A stretch of DNA of 64,000 nt, from NCBI GenBank assembly GCA_963422265.1, contig OY729416.1, forward strand, positions 661,681 through 725,680, in the 5' to 3' direction. The notes beneath the pieces are model-generated. The model was not told where the DNA came from. It did not search any database and saw nothing but the letters and a program-made list of their open reading frames with translations. Positions 10,013-19,976 of the stretch are shown here, piece after piece. Position numbers and translations under genes: made by a program. How positions within the stretch are numbered: position 1 is the first letter of the stretch; every line of letters begins with the position of its first letter. The DNA is from Thermodesulfobacteriota bacterium. Its GTDB lineage: Bacteria > Desulfobacterota_D > UBA1144 > Nemesobacterales > UBA2774.

Positions 10013-10909
10013 TTGCAAAATAGATTTCCCTTAGTAGGTTATTTACTCCTCGTGGGAACAGCATTTTTTACTGCTTTATCCTACGCTTTTGGAAGGGCGG
10101 TAGATAGGAATCTCGATCCTGAAACCACGACTTTTTTCTGGTTCTTCGGAGCCTTTATTTGCTCAATTATCGTAGTAATCGCAACTCCTTCCCAAAAAGC
10201 CGAAGCTAAAAAACTAAGAAATTACATCAAGATTTTCATTTACACATCGATGCTGACCTCGGTGGGAGCGGTCCTCTGGATAACGTCAATAAGGACGATT
10301 GGAATCCCTATCACCTCTTTCCTTATGAAGGCGCAGACGCTTTTCTCTCTTCTCTTGGGAGTGATATTTTTAGGTGAGAGGCTTAATAGAGGGGAAAGCA
10401 TGGGAATTATCGTAACCGTAGCAGGGGGAATGATTGTAGCCTACCAAAGCGACACCGTGCTTTTACTCGGCACTTTAGCCTCCCTAGGTGCCGCGTTCTT
10501 CTACTCGTGCATGGCGTTTATAGTCAAAAAAATCGCTCAGGATCTCAATATGCTTATGGTTGCCTCCCTGCGCGCCTTAGGTGTATCCCTTTTCCTCATT
10601 ACCTATCTCATTATAACGGGCACTTTTGAAATGCCTTCCAGTCCGATAGATATAATTTTTATGGCTCTTGGGGGAATTACTGGCGCATATGTCGCCAAGG
10701 CAAGCCAGTTTCAGGCGATAAAGCTTATAGATATCTCTCGCACGACGGCGGTATTGCCTATGGAGTCACTCTTTGTCATTTTACTCTCTTATGCTCTTTT
10801 CGAAGAAATCCCATCCAACGCAAAACTCTTGGGAGGTGCTTTGATAATAACAGGCGTAGCTTTCCTTGTAATTTGCCGGGGACAAAAACCTGAAGTTATG
10901 GATAAATAA
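10013..10909 (+). CDS. EamA/DMT-family transporter
   Basis: 298 aa with about 10 predicted TM segments arranged as two EamA repeats. The TTG start is inferred from the ORF track and is uncertain. Confidence 0.7.
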   Translation: MQNRFPLVGYLLLVGTAFFTALSYAFGRAVDRNLDPETTTFFWFFGAFICSIIVVIATPSQKAEAKKLRNYIKIFIYTSMLTSVGAVLWITSIRTIGIPITSFLMKAQTLFSLLLGVIFLGERLNRGESMGIIVTVAGGMIVAYQSDTVLLLGTLASLGAAFFYSCMAFIVKKIAQDLNMLMVASLRALGVSLFLITYLIITGTFEMPSSPIDIIFMALGGITGAYVAKASQFQAIKLIDISRTTAVLPMESLFVILLSYALFEEIPSNAKLLGGALIITGVAFLVICRGQKPEVMDK

Positions 10910-11525
10910 ACAGAATACTTAAAAAAGCATAAGCGCAGCAGGCAAGAATCAACTTGACAGATATTCTGTTGACAAGAGAAATACCCCGCCCGCCAATATG
11001 CTTGCCCAAACCAGACGTGAAATGACATATAACAAACCATGCGAGAATCGCCCCCGTCAATACACCGAGGATTAGAAGCACCGCTGAGTAATAATGAGAG
11101 ACTGCGGATTCTAAAATTCCCATTATTGAGTATAAAGCGGTTATTGAAAGGATTACAAGTGGATTTGAAAGAGTAAGCAATAACGCCGAACTGAACGCTC
11201 CAAAGTGATTCACGTCTTTATTAGCTCCTGCAAATTCAATCGGCTTTGACAAGTAAACGCTCAAGCCAAAGAATAGAAGTATCACTCCAGCGGCGACGCG
11301 AAACCAGACCTCATACTTAACCAACACGTCATATATAAAAGTGAGTCCAAATACTGCGACAACGGCGAACACGGTATCCCCCATCGCAGCCCCTAGCCCC
11401 GATGCAACCCCGGAGAGCTTGCCATAGCTAATAGAACGCTGTATGCAAAGTGCGCCAACTGGACCTATAGGAGCGGAAATTATTATACCTACTAATACTC
11501 CTTTGAAGAAAAACAAAACTGGCAT
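10896..11525 (-). CDS. LysE/RhtB-family amino-acid exporter
   Basis: 209 aa with six TM segments. The N-terminal GxxxGP(V/I)G motif is typical of LysE-type translocators. Confidence 0.7.
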   Translation of the reverse strand: MPVLFFFKGVLVGIIISAPIGPVGALCIQRSISYGKLSGVASGLGAAMGDTVFAVVAVFGLTFIYDVLVKYEVWFRVAAGVILLFFGLSVYLSKPIEFAGANKDVNHFGAFSSALLLTLSNPLVILSITALYSIMGILESAVSHYYSAVLLILGVLTGAILAWFVICHFTSGLGKHIGGRGISLVNRISVKLILACCAYAFLSILFIYP

Positions 11526-11597
11526 AGTTAACCTTGATCACGAGGCGTTATGAGAACTATTATTGAATATATGATACCACTTTTCCCCAGTTGAGAT

Positions 11598-12785
11598 CTA
11601 GGACTTGCTTTGAGGAGGCATTGGAAGACCGGTAAGACCCCATGCTATTATCAGTAGAAGTGATAGGATCAGTGGCAAGTGCTCACTCATTTCATACAGG
11701 TAGCCCGCCAATATGCCACCCAAGGAAGCCCCAAAGAAGGCTAACAGATTATAGAATCCCGTTGTTGCCCCTCTGCTCTCCTGACCGACTCTTTGAGTTA
11801 GGAAAGCAGGGAAGAGGGATTGCAAAACCGCATGGCTCGCGAAATAGATCATGCCAACTAGATAAAGAACTGAGCTAGTCCACGCATTAGCAGGGTATAT
11901 AAGAAAGCTCAAGGCTATAAGTGCCCAAGCGCCGAGCGTGACATTCCTTAACTTACCTAACCTTTCGGCACGCCTAATAAAAGGATATATAAATAGCATC
12001 GTCGGTATGAGCGTAACAAGATATACGTGCCATAAGTCACCCGCTCCTACCCCGGCACTAGTCCAACTAAGGGGATAAATAAACACAAATAGGTTGACTG
12101 TGAACGACAAGATAAGAGCTGATATGAGGAGCCTTCTGATCTCAAGGCTGTCAAGAAAACCTAATACATTAAATCTCTGTGTTATTATCGAGTCTTTCTG
12201 TATGTGAGGGAAAAAGAGCAGGGTAACCGTGATTGCAAGGGCGCCCAAAGCGGCGAGTATATAAAAAAGCATAGAGAAGCCCATCTGCGCGGCGAGCAGT
12301 GGACCGGCGATGATTCCAATTATGAAAGCGGCTCCTATGATCAACCCCACAATAGTGAACGACCTAGCCCTCATCTGAGAGCGCGTAAGGTCTCCTAATG
12401 AAGCGATAGCAACCGAGCTTATCGCTCCTGAGCCTTGTATAATCCTTGTAAAAATAAGTTCCGTAAGGTTATCAACAATTGCGCACAGTATACTTCCAAC
12501 GGTGAAGAGGATAAGTCCCAGAACTAGAACTGGCTTCCTGCCTACCCGATCACTTATCCAACCAAAGGGAATTTGAAGAAGGCTTTGAGCGAGGGCGTAT
12601 ATACCAAAAGCCACCCCAGCCAACGTCAAGCTCGCACCTGGATATCTTTCCACATAAACGCTGAACACAGGAAGAATTAAAAAGACTCCGAGCAGCCTTA
12701 TAGCCATAATCACGCCTACCACTATGACCGCTTCTATTTCTTGCCTTTCAAATCTTAGGTTTTGGCTGCTATTATTCCCTTCCAT
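11598..12785 (-). CDS. MFS transporter
   Basis: 395 aa, 12 TM segments, MFS signature GWISDRVGRKP in loop 2-3. Confidence 0.85.
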   Translation of the reverse strand: MEGNNSSQNLRFERQEIEAVIVVGVIMAIRLLGVFLILPVFSVYVERYPGASLTLAGVAFGIYALAQSLLQIPFGWISDRVGRKPVLVLGLILFTVGSILCAIVDNLTELIFTRIIQGSGAISSVAIASLGDLTRSQMRARSFTIVGLIIGAAFIIGIIAGPLLAAQMGFSMLFYILAALGALAITVTLLFFPHIQKDSIITQRFNVLGFLDSLEIRRLLISALILSFTVNLFVFIYPLSWTSAGVGAGDLWHVYLVTLIPTMLFIYPFIRRAERLGKLRNVTLGAWALIALSFLIYPANAWTSSVLYLVGMIYFASHAVLQSLFPAFLTQRVGQESRGATTGFYNLLAFFGASLGGILAGYLYEMSEHLPLILSLLLIIAWGLTGLPMPPQSKS

Positions 12786-12903
12786 TAACCGAGTTAGTTT
12801 CTATAAGATTCTAAGGAGTATAGGGAAGTTAATTCTAACACGCCCAACGCGAAATGATATAAACTAAATTGATATGTCCTAAGAGGCGTGTTACTTTCAT
12901 AGA

Positions 12904-14451
12904 ATGACCTTTGATTTATCTTCACACGTTATAGAAACTGACTCGTTTGACAGAGAGCTTTTTTCAGAATTGTGCTCTGAGTCAAAAGAGCTTGCCGATT
13001 TGATTGAGAACGGCTCGCGCCTGCTACCTAAATTTGAAGCATTAGCCCTTGACCTATTCGCTTCCTTTTATAAATACAATATAGTCCTCCTTGAACTAGA
13101 TAAACAGAACCCTACCCTAAGAAGAAAAATACTCTCTTTGGCGCTTGAGCAAGAGAAACATAAAGAACTAAGAGAAGAAACCGTTCTTGACGGCTTTAAG
13201 TCAGCTATGGCTACGGTTGACGTGGCAAATCAAATCCTAAACTGGCTTAGATCGGAGGAGGGTCCCGGTGAAAAATCCCTCATAAGAGAATGGGAAATAG
13301 ATAATGCAAAGCAGAAAACTAACGAACTTGGGAATGAAATAGATACATTAGAAGAGATAAAAAAGGAAAGGGAGTTCAGTAAGCCTAAGAATGAAGGGGA
13401 ATCATCAGAGGCTTTTGAAAATGTTCTTGCCAATAAGAGATCAGAACTCTCTAATCAGGAGTCTAAGCTGGGTGAGTTTCTAAAAATACAGGAGAGCAAT
13501 TATGAAAATAAGGATTTTGACGTTAAGAACTTGCTAAAGCAATCTCTAAAACAGACTCAGTATCGGGTAGATGAGTTTGAACAGGAAATGGAGATGTGGA
13601 ACGCCGCGACGGGGAACTCTAAGGAGAAAAGCGTAGGAGAAAAACTAGACCTAGCCTCAAAGCTTTTCAACAATGATAAGATAAGAAAACTCGCGCGATT
13701 GGTCGGCAGCTTAAAAGAGGAGATGCTAAGCGCAAGAAAGAAATCATGGTCTAGAATGGGTACTGAGGTTTTCAACGTAGCTATGGGAAACGACATAGGA
13801 AGGATAATTCCATCCGAGTTAATAGCTTTAAGACGTCCTCTTCTAAAAATAGACTTCCAAAAGAGGTTTATTGAGAACAGTCTAGCCCAGTATTACCTTA
13901 AAGACGACAAAGGAAGGGGTCCGCTAGTGATCTGTCTTGACGGAAGCTCCTCAATGGAGGGTAAAAAGGAACTTTGGTCTAAAGGCGTGTGCCTTACCCT
14001 TCTTGAAATCGCTAAAAGGGAACGGAGAAAATTTAATGTAGTAGTTTTTTCTTCAGCAGGTTCTCCACTCAAAATCTTTGAATCCTTAGTAGATGAGGGT
14101 AGAAGTGGGTGGCAGATGAGGGAAAATGACGTATTTGAGCTTGCCGAATATTTCCCAGGAGGTGGAACCAACTTTGAGGAACCTATAAACAAAGCCCTTG
14201 AGATTCTTCAGGATTCAAAATTCAATGGTGGGGATATAGTTTTCATAACCGATGGAGAATCCAACGTAGGCAATTCATGGCTCAAATCATTTAAAGAGCG
14301 CAAGAAAAGACTTAAGTTTAAGGTTTATTCAGTTTTAATTGACTTATCGGAAAGGGAATCGTGGACGATTCTCTCACGATTTAGTGATAAGGTTACCTGC
14401 ATATCCAAGCTCAATTCCAAAGAAGGTCGAAGTATATTCATAGAGGTTTAA
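12904..14451 (+). CDS. von Willebrand factor A domain protein with long N-terminal coiled-coil region
   Basis: C-terminal VWA domain with an intact MIDAS (DGSSSM ... T ... D in ITDGES). The N-terminal roughly 330 aa is rich in E/K coiled coil with no recognisable domain. Confidence 0.7.
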   Translation: MTFDLSSHVIETDSFDRELFSELCSESKELADLIENGSRLLPKFEALALDLFASFYKYNIVLLELDKQNPTLRRKILSLALEQEKHKELREETVLDGFKSAMATVDVANQILNWLRSEEGPGEKSLIREWEIDNAKQKTNELGNEIDTLEEIKKEREFSKPKNEGESSEAFENVLANKRSELSNQESKLGEFLKIQESNYENKDFDVKNLLKQSLKQTQYRVDEFEQEMEMWNAATGNSKEKSVGEKLDLASKLFNNDKIRKLARLVGSLKEEMLSARKKSWSRMGTEVFNVAMGNDIGRIIPSELIALRRPLLKIDFQKRFIENSLAQYYLKDDKGRGPLVICLDGSSSMEGKKELWSKGVCLTLLEIAKRERRKFNVVVFSSAGSPLKIFESLVDEGRSGWQMRENDVFELAEYFPGGGTNFEEPINKALEILQDSKFNGGDIVFITDGESNVGNSWLKSFKERKKRLKFKVYSVLIDLSERESWTILSRFSDKVTCISKLNSKEGRSIFIEV

Positions 14452-14481
14452 CCACCTATACTAATGACGCTCCGCTAATAG

Positions 14482-16170
14482 CTAACGCGATTTAATCTGA
14501 TCTAGCATCTCGCGTGCGGCGTCTAGGGTCTTTTGCGTAATATTAAGACCACCCATCATACGTGCTAACTCTCTTATCCTTTCTTCCTGATTTAAACTCT
14601 TTATAGTTACTCGCGTTTTATTCTTTACTAAGGACTTAGACACCCTTACGTGGGACTCGGCAAATTTAGCAACTTGAGGCAGATGAGTTATACATATTAC
14701 TTGATGCGTTTTAGAGAGTTCGCTTATTTTTTGTCCAACCCTTTCCGCAACAGCTCCACCTATTCCCGAATCCGCTTCATCAAATATCACTACTGACCCA
14801 CCTTCTACATTAGCTATAATCCCTTTTAGTATAAGCATAATACGGGACAGCTCACCCCCTGACGCAACCCTTACAAGGGGTTTGGGTTTCTCGTCTGGGT
14901 TGGCTGAAAACAAAAATTGAACTTTATCAATCCCATCTGAGGAAAGCTCTTTTTCTTTAATCTCTACAACAAAACTTGCTCCCTTAATACCTACCTGCTT
15001 AAGCTCATCCTCGACTGAACGAGATAGCTCTTGAGCTGTCTCGTCTCTTTTTTTTGAGATATTCTTAGACATATCTACCAGTTCTTCTTTTAATGTGGCG
15101 CAATTCTGGGTAAGATCGTCTATCTTCTCATCGTAGCTCTCTATTTCTCTAAGCTCTTTTTGTAACTCATCTTTTTTGTTCAGAATCTGCTCAATAGTCC
15201 CACCGTATTTTCTTTTCAATACACTCATATCCTGTAGCCTAGCCTCTATTTCGTTGAGCCTTTCGTTATCAAAGCTAAGACCGGACGCATAGTCCCTGAG
15301 AGCGAAAGCCACGTCCTGTATCTGTGCAACGCTGCTCTCTATGATCTCAGATACTCCTTTTAATTCACCATCAATCTCACTCGCTTCCTGAATACTGTCA
15401 GATAGGGTTTTAAGCGTCCCGAGAACGGAGCGCTCATTTTCATAAAGCAGGTCATAAGCCACACTAGCGGATCTAAGCAAGAACTCCCTGTGTACAAGCA
15501 CCTTTCTCTCTTCTTCAAGATCGCTATCTTCGGTAAGACCGAGACCCGCCTGATCAATCTCCTCAAACTGGAATTTTAAGAAGTCCTCTTTTTCAATTTG
15601 ACTCCTCTGGTTTTGAGACATAGAGGTAAGCTCACCACTCAATTCTAAGTACTCACGGTGTAGTTTCCTATATTCGGACAATTCAACTTTACTCCCCCCT
15701 ACCTTGTCTAACACCCTGACGTGGTTTTCCTCCTTCAGGAGGCTCTGATGCTCGTGCTGACTAAATATATCTACGACTCCCTCCGTTATCGTCTCAAGCA
15801 TCCTAAGAGTAACAAGGCTACCATTCAAAAACACCCTACCCCTACCCCTGCGTGGGATAGTGCGTTTTATTAATAGCTCGCCATCAGATACATCAAACCC
15901 CAAAGAATCTATTCGGTCCTTTAGCTTGGTATCCAAGGAAAGATCAAAAAGTGCTTCGACTCTAGCTTCTTCTTCACCTGTCTTAATCTGCTCGGAAGTA
16001 ACTTTATGCCCCAGCACGGTATTTAAGGCGTCAACAATTATAGACTTCCCTGCCCCAGTCTCTCCTGTAACTATATTTAGGCCGTTACTGAAACTGATGG
16101 ACAGTTCATCTATTACTGTAAATTGTCTAAGCGTGAGCCCAACTAGCATCAACTCTAAGCCTATCCCCAA
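14482..16170 (-). CDS. recN: DNA repair protein RecN
   Basis: SMC-like protein with N-terminal Walker A GETGAGKS, central coiled coil, and C-terminal signature/Walker B. The true start may be the internal Met at about 16149. Confidence 0.9.
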   Translation of the reverse strand: MGIGLELMLVGLTLRQFTVIDELSISFSNGLNIVTGETGAGKSIIVDALNTVLGHKVTSEQIKTGEEEARVEALFDLSLDTKLKDRIDSLGFDVSDGELLIKRTIPRRGRGRVFLNGSLVTLRMLETITEGVVDIFSQHEHQSLLKEENHVRVLDKVGGSKVELSEYRKLHREYLELSGELTSMSQNQRSQIEKEDFLKFQFEEIDQAGLGLTEDSDLEEERKVLVHREFLLRSASVAYDLLYENERSVLGTLKTLSDSIQEASEIDGELKGVSEIIESSVAQIQDVAFALRDYASGLSFDNERLNEIEARLQDMSVLKRKYGGTIEQILNKKDELQKELREIESYDEKIDDLTQNCATLKEELVDMSKNISKKRDETAQELSRSVEDELKQVGIKGASFVVEIKEKELSSDGIDKVQFLFSANPDEKPKPLVRVASGGELSRIMLILKGIIANVEGGSVVIFDEADSGIGGAVAERVGQKISELSKTHQVICITHLPQVAKFAESHVRVSKSLVKNKTRVTIKSLNQEERIRELARMMGGLNITQKTLDAAREMLDQIKSR

Positions 16171-16189
16171 CCCTGCTTAGGGATAAGGA

Positions 16190-17458
16190 TTATTCTCTTA
16201 TCTGTCCTTCCCCATAGACAATGAATTTGGTAGTAGTCAGTTCCTCAACGCCCATAGGACCAAAAGCGTGGAGCTTAGAAGTGCTTATTCCTATCTCGGC
16301 GCCAAGACCTAGCTCAAAACCATCACTGAACCTTGTAGAGGCATTCACCATCACGGTTGAAGAGTTAACACCATTAATAAAAGCCTCTGAAGTTGAGTAA
16401 TCCTGAGTAATAATAGATTCAGTGTGCATAGAGCCATATTTCTCTATATGTGCTATAGCTTGATTAAGATCATCTACCACCCTTATGCTTAGAATAAAGT
16501 CAAGATATTCCTCATACCAATCATCCTCAGTAGCTCTGGCAACCCCTGGAACTATATATCTCGTCCGTTCGCAGCCTCGTACTTCGACTCCTTCTTCCCT
16601 CAGCTTGTTAATTACACGGGGCAAGAATTTATCTGCAACGGCTTTATGAACCAGCATAGTCTCCATAGAATTGCACACCCCCGGACGCTGCACCTTGGCG
16701 TTTAGGCAAACATCCTGCGCCACAACCAAGTCAGCACTCTCGTCCACGAAGACGTGGCATACGCCTTTATAGTGTTTAAGCACTGGTATCCTTGAACTCT
16801 CTGAAACAAACCTGATAAGACCCTCTCCCCCCCTTGGAATAATTAGATCAACAAATTCCTCTAGCTTGAGCATTTCAAGCACTGCCTCCCTATCCGTAAC
16901 CGGTATTATCTGAACTGCGTCCTCTGGCATCCCACTTTCCTTCAGCGCAGCCCTAAGCACTTCACCTATAGCCTTGTTAGACCTTATAGTCTCAGAACCA
17001 CCCCTTAGAATTACGGCGTTACCCGACTTGATGCAAAGCCCTGCTGCATCCGCCGTCACATTGGGTCTAGATTCGTAAATTATTCCTATCACCCCAAGAG
17101 GAATCCTCATCTTACCTACCCTAAGACCGTTAGGACGTTTCCATATCCTGACAACTTCACCGACGGGATCAACTAAGGAGCCGACTTCTCTTAAACCTTT
17201 AGCCGCCCTCTCAATTCTATCCGGCGTAAGGGTAAGACGGTCAACAAGCACCTCAGGTAACTTGTTGGACAAGGCTTGTTTCACGTCTTCCTTATTTTCC
17301 TTAATTATAAGCTCCCTTTTCTCCAGAAGACCTTGAGACATCCTTGCTAATGCCTTGTTCTTTGAGGCAGTCTTAGCCCTTGCTAATGCCGAAGACGCAT
17401 GTTTAGCCCTTTCAGCTATGCCACGTAGAAGTTTTGGTATTTGAGAGTTATTAGACAT
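16190..17458 (-). CDS. proA: Gamma-glutamyl phosphate reductase
   Basis: 422 aa aldehyde-dehydrogenase-fold ProA with a catalytic Cys region. Confidence 0.95.
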   Translation of the reverse strand: MSNNSQIPKLLRGIAERAKHASSALARAKTASKNKALARMSQGLLEKRELIIKENKEDVKQALSNKLPEVLVDRLTLTPDRIERAAKGLREVGSLVDPVGEVVRIWKRPNGLRVGKMRIPLGVIGIIYESRPNVTADAAGLCIKSGNAVILRGGSETIRSNKAIGEVLRAALKESGMPEDAVQIIPVTDREAVLEMLKLEEFVDLIIPRGGEGLIRFVSESSRIPVLKHYKGVCHVFVDESADLVVAQDVCLNAKVQRPGVCNSMETMLVHKAVADKFLPRVINKLREEGVEVRGCERTRYIVPGVARATEDDWYEEYLDFILSIRVVDDLNQAIAHIEKYGSMHTESIITQDYSTSEAFINGVNSSTVMVNASTRFSDGFELGLGAEIGISTSKLHAFGPMGVEELTTTKFIVYGEGQIRE

Positions 17459-17806
17459 GTTTTCACATTAGTTTCAGATAGTTGAGTTGGTTTGAATCAT
17501 CTGCTAAATGGTAGTTATATATAGCTATAAAGTCAAGGTAACATACAGATACTTAAGTTTTTTACATAAATTTTCTAAAAACATTTCAAAAAAATTAAAA
17601 TCTGATACAGTATTGTTGAACCGGATGTATCAACCTGAGCCCCGCCAAATTGGCTGTTAATTCTGTTGGCAGGAATTAGTAGTCTGTGGGGCTCATAGCC
17701 CTACTAAATATTAAATTATATAACGACACCCCGGTTGAAAGCCAAGTTTGAGAAACCGAGTTTTACCCATATGAAAGAACAAAAAGTTCAAGCCCGGTTG
17801 GATGTT

Positions 17807-18460
17807 TTACTTTGTGAAAGTAAAACGATAGATTGGGACGGCTAACGCGGCACCCATAAAAGGGGCAGTTAGATAAACCCACAGTCCGGAAAAGTTGAGC
17901 ACAACAGCTGCTGGCGCTAACGATCGCGCCGGATTAATAGAAGCCCCCGAAATTGGACCAGCGAATAATACAGCAAGTCCTATGACAGCCCCAATGACGC
18001 CTCCTGCTATAATACCTTTCTCCATACTTCCCGTTGAAACGCTCAATATCACAAACATTAAAAATAGTGTCATTACAAATTCCATAACAAACGATTGATA
18101 CACCGGCTCGCTCGGCACGGTTAAAGCTAAACTAGCTTGTTCGGGAAAGAGCAACCTTAAAATAAAACTCGCAAGCAGAGCGCCTAAACACTGGCTTATG
18201 ATGTAAGGAAACACTTGGCTTCTGGGAAAGCGCCCAGCAAGCCAAAATCCTATTGTCACCGCGGGATTTATATGCGCGCCTGAAACGTCGCCCACAGAAT
18301 AGACTACAGTCATAACAACGAGACCAGTAGCAATAGCTATTCCCATATGAGTTAGGACACCGCCTGAAACATTGTTGACTATTACAACGCCAGTAGCTAC
18401 GAAAACAAGGAAAAAAGTCCCTATTAACTCCGTTCCAAACAATCTGATATCATCCCACAT
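17807..18460 (-). CDS. Aquaporin / MIP-family channel
   Basis: 217 aa with six TM segments and two NPA motifs (HINPAVT and SINPARS). Confidence 0.85.
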   Translation of the reverse strand: MWDDIRLFGTELIGTFFLVFVATGVVIVNNVSGGVLTHMGIAIATGLVVMTVVYSVGDVSGAHINPAVTIGFWLAGRFPRSQVFPYIISQCLGALLASFILRLLFPEQASLALTVPSEPVYQSFVMEFVMTLFLMFVILSVSTGSMEKGIIAGGVIGAVIGLAVLFAGPISGASINPARSLAPAAVVLNFSGLWVYLTAPFMGAALAVPIYRFTFTK

Positions 18461-18554
18461 AATGGTTTATAGCCTCCTTTTAACTTCATTCATCTTAATA
18501 CTAAATTCCCCGCGTTGGAATCGCCCCCAACCAAAATGAAACAACTGACTTTGC

Positions 18555-18797
18555 TCACCACAAATATTCAGAATTATACACTTGCATTAATATCACAAGA
18601 AGAACCATTGCAACTATAATGGTATGAGAGATAAAAGAAATTAACACCGCGATTGAATAGTTTCTTCTGTTTACGTTAGATGAATTGCTAAATGCCCAGT
18701 AAAGAAGAGTCACAAAACCCACCAGCGGGATTGATTGCACAACCAAAATAGTAATCCAGTTCCTCACTGATAAAGGCTTATTGTTATGCTTACCCAT
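18555..18797 (-). CDS. Small hydrophobic protein, two TM segments
   Basis: 80-aa ORF with two clear hydrophobic segments in an otherwise ORF-free gap. Coding status unproven. Confidence 0.35.
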   Translation of the reverse strand: MGKHNNKPLSVRNWITILVVQSIPLVGFVTLLYWAFSNSSNVNRRNYSIAVLISFISHTIIVAMVLLVILMQVYNSEYLW

Positions 18798-18957
18798 TGG
18801 CTAGTTAAGTTCTCACGCTCTTACCTTTTGATATTGGAAAGTATATTAAATCTCAAATTCTGTCAATTCAAAACTAGCGCGCCGAGACCCCACAATTTGC
18901 GCTCAGGCTAAGCTATAGTTTACAATATATTAAAAATAAGCTCGGGAAGATTGGAAA

Positions 18958-19608
18958 TTGGCGAACACATCCTCATTTCTCATACCTTCAGAAACAATCG
19001 TAGTAGAACAGGAAATAAGCAAAAGTCGGTTTATCGCCACTGTTGGACACGTCCAAAACAAGGGGAGCGCTAAAAAGTTTATTACAAACGTTGAGGTAAA
19101 GCACAATGGCGCAACGCACAATGCTTATGGATTTATAGCAGGTAATCCATCAGGCACCGCAGATATAGGTTGTAGTGACGACGGAGAAATACCCGGAACT
19201 GCCGGAAAGCCAATACTAAGCATCCTTCAACACAAGAGCATAGGAGAAATCGCAGCCGTCGTTACAAGATACTTTGGTGGAATTAAGCTCGGAACGGGTG
19301 GACTCGTAAGGGCGTATTCGGGGACTTTGATTTTAGCTCTAGACAAAATTCATCTGATTGAGCGATTTGACGTTGTGAGGATGAAAATCATCATAGACTA
19401 TAAGCACGAAAACCCCGTCCGCCGAGCGATCGAAAGAATGGGCGTATCAATCAAGAACGCAACTTATGCGAACAAGGCATCAATAGCAATAGAAGTCCCT
19501 GATAACATAATAGATGAGCTTGTGAACTCGGTTATGAACGTATCCCAAGGGCGAGCTAGGATGTTATCTACAGATTATGCGGATGGTAAGATAAAAAGAA
19601 GGAAATAA
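18958..19608 (+). CDS. yigZ: IMPACT/YigZ-family protein
   Basis: 216 aa, UPF0029/IMPACT N-terminal domain (GNPSGTADIGCSDDGEP...GG) plus a YigZ C-terminal domain. Confidence 0.8.
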   Translation: MANTSSFLIPSETIVVEQEISKSRFIATVGHVQNKGSAKKFITNVEVKHNGATHNAYGFIAGNPSGTADIGCSDDGEIPGTAGKPILSILQHKSIGEIAAVVTRYFGGIKLGTGGLVRAYSGTLILALDKIHLIERFDVVRMKIIIDYKHENPVRRAIERMGVSIKNATYANKASIAIEVPDNIIDELVNSVMNVSQGRARMLSTDYADGKIKRRK

Positions 19609-19610
19609 AA

Positions 19611-19976
19611 TTGACTGAAATAGATAAGAATAAAGTCATACTGCAATCGGACGACGTTGACTGCTACTATTATTATCTCAATATGATTACTGAGAACGTG
19701 CGTAATGGATATAACTACATGGTGATAAAGTATTGTGATCTGAGCCTTCCACTTATTCCTAAACTAATTGAGAAAACAAAGAAGCAAGCCAGCGAATTCG
19801 ACGTGAGTTCTATACCTGCAATTGAGCTTGGAGCCAAACTCTGGAGCCATCAGGGAAACAAAGAAAGGGTAAGGGAAATTGAGAAACTTATTGACTCCTA
19901 CCCAGAACTCGAAAGCTGGCGCATACACGTTGAACGCGCTTATGAAACGTTATCTAAAACACGCTGCCGCTCTTAA
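19611..19976 (+). CDS. Hypothetical protein
   Basis: 121-aa ORF starting 3 nt after the yigZ stop, suggesting translational coupling. No recognisable domain. Confidence 0.4.
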   Translation: MTEIDKNKVILQSDDVDCYYYYLNMITENVRNGYNYMVIKYCDLSLPLIPKLIEKTKKQASEFDVSSIPAIELGAKLWSHQGNKERVREIEKLIDSYPELESWRIHVERAYETLSKTRCRS

